Below, piece after piece: positions 52,224 through 59,194 of a DNA stretch of 64,000 nucleotides. How positions within the stretch are numbered: the stretch's first letter is position 1; every line of letters starts with the position of its first letter. This stretch comes from an uncultured bacterium (GTDB lineage Bacteria; Krumholzibacteriota; Krumholzibacteriia; LZORAL124-64-63), in the NCBI GenBank assembly GCA_963732385.1, contig CAVSZB010000004.1:1-64000 (forward strand), read 5' to 3'. Under the pieces are notes generated by a model that was given only the letters and a program-made list of their open reading frames with translations, ran no database searches and was not told the DNA's origin. A program made the translations under genes and the position numbers.

Positions 52224-53588
52224 TTGCGGACCATCCTCGTCGTTGACGACGAAATCGCCATCCGGACGGCGCTCGCCCGGATCCTGACCTATGAGAATTA
52301 CCGGGTCGTGCAGGCCGCTTCGGGCGCCGCCGCCCTGAAGGCTTTGGCCGGTGAGAGCATTGACGCCGTTCTGCTGGACATCAAGATGCCGGGCATGGAC
52401 GGTTTCGAGGTGCTCGATCTGATGGCGAAGTCGCCGGCGCCGCCGCCGGTGATCGTCATCTCCGGACACGGCAATATTGAAACCGCCGTGGAAGCAGTGC
52501 GCAAGGGCGCCTACGATTTCCTGGAAAAACCACCCGACCGCTCCAGGTTGCTGGTTACTTTGGAGAACTGCCTGGCGCACCGGCGCGTGCTTTTCGAGAA
52601 GGAGGACCTCAAGGCGCGGGGCGGTTTTCGCGATCCCCTCATTGGCGAATGTCCCCAGCTGCGCGAGGTGCGTTCTTTCATCGGGAAAGTCGCCCCCACC
52701 GACTCGACCGTTCTCATCACCGGCGAGAACGGAACAGGCAAGGAACTGGTTGTCCGAGCGTTGCACGAGCAGAGCCGCAGGCGCGAACAGGCGCTCGTGG
52801 AGGTGAACTGTGCCGCCATCCCACGCGAGCTCGTGGAAAGCGAACTGTTCGGGCATGAGAAGGGGGCCTTCACGGGCGCGGAGCGCCAGCGCATCGGCAA
52901 GTTCGAGCAGGCCGACGGCGGCACGCTCTTCCTCGATGAGATCGGCGACATGAGCGACGAGGCGCAGGCCAAGGTCCTGAAGGCTGTCGAGGAAAGCCGC
53001 TTCGAAAGGGTCGGCGGCAACGAAACGTTGCGGACCGATGTGCGCATCGTCGCGGCAACAAACCGCGATCTTGCGCGACCCGACTCCGGCTTCCGGCAGG
53101 ATCTGTTCTTCCGGCTCAACGTGCTGGCGATCCATCTGCCGCCGCTGCGCGACCGGGGCGATGACATTCCTCTTCTGCTTGAGTACTTCATGAGGATGCT
53201 CGCTCCCCACCTGAAGACGGTGCCCCGGGAGTTCAGCCCGGAAGCGCTGGCCCTCCTGCGCGAACACAACTGGCCGGGGAATGTCCGCGAACTACGAAAT
53301 CTCGTGGAGCGGCTGTTGATCCTCACGCCGGGCCCAGTGGTGCGTCCGGTCGATCTGCCTTTGTTGCGGCCGGTTCCCGAGGCTGGATCGGAGTTGGACG
53401 ATCTGTTGTCGTGCAAGGAGTTCCAGGATTTCAAGGCCCGGGCGGAGGCACTTTTCCTGCAGGCGAAACTGCGGGAGAATCGCTACAATGTCAGTCAGAC
53501 GGCAGAACAACTGGGAATGCAGCGGAGTAATCTTTACAAGAAGATCACCCGCTATCGCCTGAAAACCCAGCCCAACAGTCAGGATTGA
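52224..53588 (+). CDS. sigma54-dependent response regulator (NtrC/NtrX-like)
   Basis: Receiver VVDDE...LLDIKMP; GENGTGKE, GAFTGA, FLDEIGD, WPGNVRELRN; C-terminal HTH. Confidence 0.95.
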   Translation: MRTILVVDDEIAIRTALARILTYENYRVVQAASGAAALKALAGESIDAVLLDIKMPGMDGFEVLDLMAKSPAPPPVIVISGHGNIETAVEAVRKGAYDFLEKPPDRSRLLVTLENCLAHRRVLFEKEDLKARGGFRDPLIGECPQLREVRSFIGKVAPTDSTVLITGENGTGKELVVRALHEQSRRREQALVEVNCAAIPRELVESELFGHEKGAFTGAERQRIGKFEQADGGTLFLDEIGDMSDEAQAKVLKAVEESRFERVGGNETLRTDVRIVAATNRDLARPDSGFRQDLFFRLNVLAIHLPPLRDRGDDIPLLLEYFMRMLAPHLKTVPREFSPEALALLREHNWPGNVRELRNLVERLLILTPGPVVRPVDLPLLRPVPEAGSELDDLLSCKEFQDFKARAEALFLQAKLRENRYNVSQTAEQLGMQRSNLYKKITRYRLKTQPNSQD

Positions 53589-53622
53589 TCGCCTCGGGGA
53601 GCGGGGAGGCGGGTTCCGGCAT

Positions 53623-53651
53623 TTGACTGGGAAAGCCAACTAACCTATAAT
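53623..53651 (+). promoter_or_regulatory. Near-consensus sigma70 promoter of the small peptide and activator genes
   Basis: TTGACT-N17-TATAAT. Confidence 0.85.
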
Positions 53652-53755
53652 TATGCTTGCCTGATCGGGAGGATCGAGGTGGGCGGCCCGCAGCCGGTTT
53701 CCCGCAGCTTCCCTGGCGGGGCCACCCCACGGCCTCAAGGCTGAGGAGATCCGAT

Positions 53756-54091
53756 ATGAGCAAGATTCGATGGATCCTCGTGACCCTGCTGGCTTTGACA
53801 TTCTTCGGCGCTTCGGGTATTACTCCGGCAAGTGCAGCGACCGCGACCCAGCATCATGACCTGACCTTCGCGCCCGGCTCGACGGTGCTCCCACCGACCG
53901 CCGGAGTACTCGGGGGCGGTGGGGGTGGTGGCGTCACGAATGGCGATCCCGACGACATCATCGAGGGTAATCGCGTGTTTGCTGTGGCTGCCCGATCATC
54001 CACCGTGTCCTTTGCGTCGGTCGGTACGGCCGTACTGCTCTGGCTCAAGGTGGGTGGAGTGACCCTTCTGCTGCGGCGCCTGTTGCCGTAG
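53756..54091 (+). CDS. Small secreted Gly-rich protein with GDPDD motif (candidate signal-peptide precursor)
   Basis: GAGGAG RBS; signal peptide MSKIRWILVTLLALTFFGASGITPASA; G7-VTNGDPDDIIEGNR; hydrophobic C-terminus. Confidence 0.8.
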   Translation: MSKIRWILVTLLALTFFGASGITPASAATATQHHDLTFAPGSTVLPPTAGVLGGGGGGGVTNGDPDDIIEGNRVFAVAARSSTVSFASVGTAVLLWLKVGGVTLLLRRLLP

Positions 54092-54175
54092 CGTTTGAGG
54101 CGATCACTAGTCGGGTGGCGGAGCCGCCGAAAGTGTGGGAGTGATCCATCCACCCACTCGCCAGGGGACGGGTTG

Positions 54176-57100
54176 ATGAGCGAGCAGCCGAGCGGGTACA
54201 GCAGGCATGAGGCGGAATATCCCGAGCGTTCGCACGCGCTCGACGCGGAGGAGTGCGATCGGTTGGAGGAGATCGGTGATCTCAACGCGCAGGCCTCTGC
54301 CTACAGTTCCTCGCTGGAGTACTATCGACGACTACTTGAAGGTGCCACGCTGCGGTTGCTCATCCCGGCCCGTCGGGCAGGAGTGCTGCGCAAGAGTGTC
54401 GATGCCGCGCTGAATATCGGTGATCTCGCCCTTGCGGAATCATTGCTTGGACTCGCTCCCTCTCTCTTCGACGCCGCCGACGATCTGACGGCCGAGGAGC
54501 GCGCCCATCTCCTTGCCCCTCTAATGGGCAGACGGGCCATTCTTCTCTCCCAGCTGGGACTGTTCAGCGACGCCCTGCAGGCCGCCAAGCATGCCTTCGC
54601 CATCCTGGCCGTGACGGACGAACATCGGGAGGTGGCGAACCTGCAGGTGACGATGGGGGCCTGCCACCAGCGCCTCGGACGTCTGGACAAGGCGGAGGAA
54701 TTTTATCTCGACGCACTCTCCAGTTATCGGCGGATCGGAGACGAACTGGGTGCGGCCACGCTGCACAACAACCTCGGGCTGCTCCACAAGAACGCCTGTC
54801 GCTGGAACCGGGCGCTCGATCTTCTCGAGAAGGCGGTAGCCATAGCGCAGCGTCATGGCGCCACACATCTGCTGGCCCGCCTGCACCTGAATCGCGGCAT
54901 CATTCTCGGGAAGATCGGACGTCTGGGCGAAGCTCGCGAGGATCTCGACCGCAGCCTGCGCCTGTCGCGGAGCCTCGGTGACCGGAATCGTCAGGCCAAG
55001 GTCTGTCTGGCCTACGGGCTGCTGGAAATGCGTGCTGGACGGCTCGTCAAAGCCGAGGAGTTCGTGCTTGAGGGCAAGAACCTGGCCGAACAGGAGCGGT
55101 ACCTGCGCGAGGAAACAATCGCCGACGAGTACCTTGGGGATATCCTGCTGCTGCGCGGCGAAACCGACAAGGCGCTCTTCAATTACAGTCTGGGTCTCGA
55201 CAAGAGTCGCACGATCGGCAAGGTCTGTGATCTGGAGGGCGAACTGCTCCGTCGGGTCGCCGAGGCGCAGCGGATGCGGGGCGACCTCGAACAGGCGATC
55301 GAAACCGGCCTCGCGGCGGTGGCGGTCTGCGAGAAGTGCGGCGAACTGTACGAACTGGGATTCTGCCATCTGACACTCGGCCGCGCCCGCACGACCCGGG
55401 GAGACTTTGCCGGAGCGGATGCGGAGTTCAGGCGCGCGATCCAGCTGTTCCGGCAGCAGAACCTGCCCCGACTTTGGATCGATGCGATCCTCGCTTTCCT
55501 TGATGCCCGGCTCGCCACGGCCGCCCAGCCGGAATTCCTGCTGTTGCGCCGCTATCTGAGCGAGGCTCAGGAGAGCGGGAGCGCTGTGCTGGATGACCGC
55601 CTGCTCTGCCGGCTGCAGCAGGGGCTGGCGGAAGTGCAGATGCGGCTCGGCCAGTTCGACGACGCTCTGCTGACGGCCTATGAACTCGAGCGCAACGCAG
55701 GCGGGCTGGGCGATGCCGGGCTCGGCCTCGCGATCAGCGATTTGCGCGGACGCATCGAACGCGCTCTGCTCGGCGACATCGGGAGCACCGAGAACCACCT
55801 CCAGGCGATTTCCGGAATCCCGGGCATCTTCAGTTGGCATGATGCCTCCATCCCGCGCAATCTCACGGCGGTCCTGCGGGCGGGGATGGACCGGGTACGC
55901 GCCGATCATGGTTTCATCGCTCTCGACTGGGCAGAGGCCGGGACACATCCGCTGCGTGTGGTGGCGCGCGAGGGGCTTTCCGACAATCTCTCGGATCAAC
56001 TCGGGCGCTGGTACCGCGAGAGTGTCCCCGCCAGCGTGGATTCGGCGAACCCCGTCCTTTTCTCCCGGCTGGCCGGGGGCGAACCGCTGCTGGCCGCCGT
56101 GCCGGCCCTCCGGGACAGGGCGGCCGGGTGTCTCTTCATGCCGATCACGCTCGAGGGCAGACGATTCGGCGTCCTCTACCTGGGACGCAGCAGCCTTGTG
56201 GGTGGTGAGGTGGCCTTCGGGCGCCCCGCGCTCGACTTTCTGGCGACCTACATGGGCTTTCTCGCACTGTTCCTGTTCGAGAAGGGGCGGGGACGTCTGC
56301 CCGGCGAGCCTCTTGTGCCGGTGGCGCCTTCAGGCGAGGCCCCCAGTTTCGAGCAGATCATCACCGAGAACGAGCAGATGCTCGAACTGCTCGCCCTCAT
56401 CCGCAAGGTGGCTCCCAGCGACCTCACCGTTCTGCTGACTGGAGAAACCGGCACCGGCAAGGGGCTGCTGGCTCAGGCAGTCCACTCGCTCAGCCGGCGG
56501 CACGGAGGTCGCTTCCTGGCGATCAACTGCGCGGCGATTCCCGAAACGCTGTTGGAAAGCGAGTTGTTCGGACACGTCAAGGGCAGTTTCACCGGGGCGA
56601 TCGGCGACAAGCGCGGGCTGCTTGCGGAGGCCGCGGGGGGCTCTGTCTTCCTGGACGAAATCGGGAAGATGCCGCTCAGCATGCAGGGCAAACTGCTTCA
56701 GTTCCTGGACACCAGGGTCATCCGTCCGGTCGGCTCCAACCAGGAGCGCCAGGTCGATGTGCGTATCATCTGCGCCAGCAAATCCGATCTCCACGACCTG
56801 ACGGAACGGGGACTTTTCCTCCAGGATCTTTTCTACCGGTTGCTCGATTTTCCGCTCGTTGTACCACCGCTGCGCACCCGTCGCGATGATATCCAGTTGC
56901 TCGCGCACCATTTCATCGAACGCTTTGCCGGGGAACTGGGGATTGCGCCACCCGGCTACACCTCCTCGTTCATGGATGCGCTGGTGGCGCACGACTGGCC
57001 CGGCAACATCCGCGAGCTGGAGAAGTCGGTCCGGAGGGCGATAGTCCTGGCCCAGGAGGAGCGCGTTCTCAAGCCGGAACATCTGCCGCGTGAGATCGGC

Positions 57101-57292
57101 GCGGGACGGTCGGCAGGGAAGGTCGGCCGACCTGCGCCGCTGCGCGAGACTCTGGCGACGGTCGAATGCCGGGAGATCGCCGAAGCACTCCGCCTGACGC
57201 GCGGGAACAAGTCGGAGACCGCCCGGATGCTGGAGATCAGCTACCCCAATCTGCTCAAGAAGATCCGTTTCTACGGCCTTCAGACTTCCTGA
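54176..57292 (+). CDS. sigma54-dependent activator with N-terminal TPR array and GAF-like domain
   Basis: About 550 aa of TPRs (LHNNLGLLH, LHLNRGIIL); GAF-like FMPITLEGRRFGVLYL; GETGTGKG, GSFTGA, FLDEIGK, WPGNIRELE; Fis-type HTH. Confidence 0.93.
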   Translation: MSEQPSGYSRHEAEYPERSHALDAEECDRLEEIGDLNAQASAYSSSLEYYRRLLEGATLRLLIPARRAGVLRKSVDAALNIGDLALAESLLGLAPSLFDAADDLTAEERAHLLAPLMGRRAILLSQLGLFSDALQAAKHAFAILAVTDEHREVANLQVTMGACHQRLGRLDKAEEFYLDALSSYRRIGDELGAATLHNNLGLLHKNACRWNRALDLLEKAVAIAQRHGATHLLARLHLNRGIILGKIGRLGEAREDLDRSLRLSRSLGDRNRQAKVCLAYGLLEMRAGRLVKAEEFVLEGKNLAEQERYLREETIADEYLGDILLLRGETDKALFNYSLGLDKSRTIGKVCDLEGELLRRVAEAQRMRGDLEQAIETGLAAVAVCEKCGELYELGFCHLTLGRARTTRGDFAGADAEFRRAIQLFRQQNLPRLWIDAILAFLDARLATAAQPEFLLLRRYLSEAQESGSAVLDDRLLCRLQQGLAEVQMRLGQFDDALLTAYELERNAGGLGDAGLGLAISDLRGRIERALLGDIGSTENHLQAISGIPGIFSWHDASIPRNLTAVLRAGMDRVRADHGFIALDWAEAGTHPLRVVAREGLSDNLSDQLGRWYRESVPASVDSANPVLFSRLAGGEPLLAAVPALRDRAAGCLFMPITLEGRRFGVLYLGRSSLVGGEVAFGRPALDFLATYMGFLALFLFEKGRGRLPGEPLVPVAPSGEAPSFEQIITENEQMLELLALIRKVAPSDLTVLLTGETGTGKGLLAQAVHSLSRRHGGRFLAINCAAIPETLLESELFGHVKGSFTGAIGDKRGLLAEAAGGSVFLDEIGKMPLSMQGKLLQFLDTRVIRPVGSNQERQVDVRIICASKSDLHDLTERGLFLQDLFYRLLDFPLVVPPLRTRRDDIQLLAHHFIERFAGELGIAPPGYTSSFMDALVAHDWPGNIRELEKSVRRAIVLAQEERVLKPEHLPREIGAGRSAGKVGRPAPLRETLATVECREIAEALRLTRGNKSETARMLEISYPNLLKKIRFYGLQTS

Positions 57293-57373
57293 CGCGCGCC
57301 AGCCTTTTTTTATAACCTCAGGCCAGATGCGCCCCGTCGTCTGTAAATTGTTTTAATACATTAAATAGCATTA

Positions 57374-57386
57374 TATCAACGACTTG
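57374..57386 (+). promoter_or_regulatory. IHF binding site
   Basis: TATCAACGACTTG matches WATCAANNNNTTR exactly, with AT-rich DNA upstream. Confidence 0.7.
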
Positions 57387-57512
57387 CTCGTTCAGGCCCC
57401 GGGCTGTCAACGATTGAATCAATCGCGGGCCCCGACCTCCGATGAATACCGTTTCATGATTTGTAAATGACTTTTCTACAATAACTTAAGAATTTTCGAG
57501 CGAAGCAGTCTG

Positions 57513-57528
57513 TGGCACGCGGAGTGCT
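57513..57528 (+). promoter_or_regulatory. sigma54 (-24/-12) promoter
   Basis: TGGCACGCGGAGTGCT; GG-N10-GC spacing. Confidence 0.8.
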
Positions 57529-57538
57529 GTACATGGCG

Positions 57539-57883
57539 TCTGAAGGGGCTCTCGTTGCAGGGAAACAGCCGCTTCTCAAGGTCCAGGCCGCTGGGGCGGC
57601 AGAATTTGGGGAGGGATATCCGGGTTCGCGATCCTCACTGCTTACCGGCTGAAAGAGGAGGTTCTCTTCGTGGGTTCTGCCTGCGGGTTCTTGAGAGGTG
57701 GGGTCTTGAGGACCGATCGGGCAGAGTAGAGAGAACCGGCGGAACGGATCCCTCCCCGAAGTTCCATTCAAAGCCTGACCAGTCAGGCACGTGTCGGTGC
57801 GAGGAAAGAGCCGGGCTGGCCTTGAATTGGCGAGATTCAAGGTCGGCCGTGCCGGAACCCCGGCGGGCTCTTTCCTCATTTTT
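57539..57883 (+). ncRNA. Putative highly structured non-coding RNA, family not recognised
   Basis: Begins at the predicted sigma54 +1; multiple long nested stems with G-U pairs valid only on the + strand; ends in a 12-bp stem plus ATTTTT; no convincing long ORF. Confidence 0.65.
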
Positions 57884-58174
57884 CCGTCTCACCGGACCGG
57901 CATGCAGCCTGTTCTCCCCTGTCCTGCGTCATCGGCTGCCAAGTCTGCTCCGCGTCTACTCCTGGAGATCCGCTGGACTCTGTTGAGCACAAAGGGGACG
58001 GTGCCGCCCATCGCGGGCGCACGCCGGCTGGCGGCAGTCGTCCTCTTCCACCTTTCGGGTTGGGGCGGGCTCAGCAATCAAGATCCTCTAATTAAACAAT
58101 TTACGCTGATGCATTCCTCCGCCGCGCACGGCATGCCGCCGTACGGCATCCGATCCGTGGCTGAGCCGTGAGCC

Positions 58175-58190
58175 TGGCACGATGTCTGCG
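58175..58190 (+). promoter_or_regulatory. sigma54 (-24/-12) promoter
   Basis: TGGCACGATGTCTGCG; GG-N10-GC; about 80 bp upstream of ATG 58269. Confidence 0.8.
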
Positions 58191-58268
58191 ATACTCCAGG
58201 GCCCGGCCGTGACACATCACAGGTGCGGTGCGGGGCTGGCGGCGGCGGACGAAGTGAGGGAGGAAGAG

Positions 58269-59150
58269 ATGAAGCTGGCGCAGGCGGTGACCCTGGCGAT
58301 CCTGCCACTGGCGTTGGCGATCTGGCTCGGCGGCTGTTCCGAAGAAGATTGCATCGAGTGCGTGGACCGAGATCCCCCCGCGGTGCCGACCGGAGTGTAC
58401 AGTGTCACCGGAGACGGCCGTATCACCGTGTTTTGGAACGACATCTACCAGAGCGATCTGGCGGGCTACGCCGTTTATCGGGATGACAATGCCGACGGCG
58501 AATTCGAGCATCTCGCCGATCTCGCCTGGGACGAGAATTGGGATCAGACCACCGGCCTGCACCAGTACGTGGACGAACCGGTCACGAACGGCCTGACCTA
58601 CGAGTACGCGGTCGCTTCGTACGACGTGGCGGGGAACGAGAGCGAGCTCAGCTTCGAGGTCGTGCTCGACACGCCGCGTCCCGAGGGGTTCGATGTCGAT
58701 CTCTTCGACCGTCTCGTCACGCCGGCCGCCAGCGGCTTCGACTTCAGCCGCGCTCTGCGGGTCCCGGCTGCGGATGCCACGGCCGACATCTTTGTCGAGT
58801 GGTCCGGAGATGTCCCCTTCGTCTGTGCCGCGCGCAGTGATGTCGAACTGCAGGACTACGGCAACGTGATGACCGACTCGGGCTTCATCGATCTCGATCT
58901 GCTCAGCTACGCCCCCCTCGAGGGCTGGACGGTCGCGCGACGGGTCGAGGCGATTAGGGGCCATGCCTATGTCGTGCGTGTTGGCACTTCCACCTATCAC
59001 TACGCGAAGATCGCGGTCATGGCTCTCGACGGCATCACGGGCTCGATTACTGTTGATTGGGCGTATCAGATCGCCGCCGACAATCGGGAACTGAAGGCGA
59101 TGCCGGCGCCGCCTCGCACGGGAGTCGTCGTCGAAGTGATGAGTTTCTAG
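58269..59150 (+). CDS. Lipoprotein with fibronectin type III-like domain
   Basis: GGAGG RBS; lipobox LGGC; PPAVPTGV...W...DLAGYAVYR...YEYAVASYDVAGNES. Confidence 0.85.
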   Translation: MKLAQAVTLAILPLALAIWLGGCSEEDCIECVDRDPPAVPTGVYSVTGDGRITVFWNDIYQSDLAGYAVYRDDNADGEFEHLADLAWDENWDQTTGLHQYVDEPVTNGLTYEYAVASYDVAGNESELSFEVVLDTPRPEGFDVDLFDRLVTPAASGFDFSRALRVPAADATADIFVEWSGDVPFVCAARSDVELQDYGNVMTDSGFIDLDLLSYAPLEGWTVARRVEAIRGHAYVVRVGTSTYHYAKIAVMALDGITGSITVDWAYQIAADNRELKAMPAPPRTGVVVEVMSF

Positions 59151-59194
59151 GGGCTGCGGCGAGGCCGGCTGAAGGGCCGGCGAGGAGGCGTGAC

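Noticed and set aside
57533..57986. Protein-coding reading of the post-activator region (39-aa ORF 57533-57652 and track ORFs 57555-57986, 57454-57879)
   Set aside because: No RBS or motifs; ATG 57533 lies upstream of the predicted sigma54 +1; extensive pairing is better explained as RNA structure. Not fully excluded.
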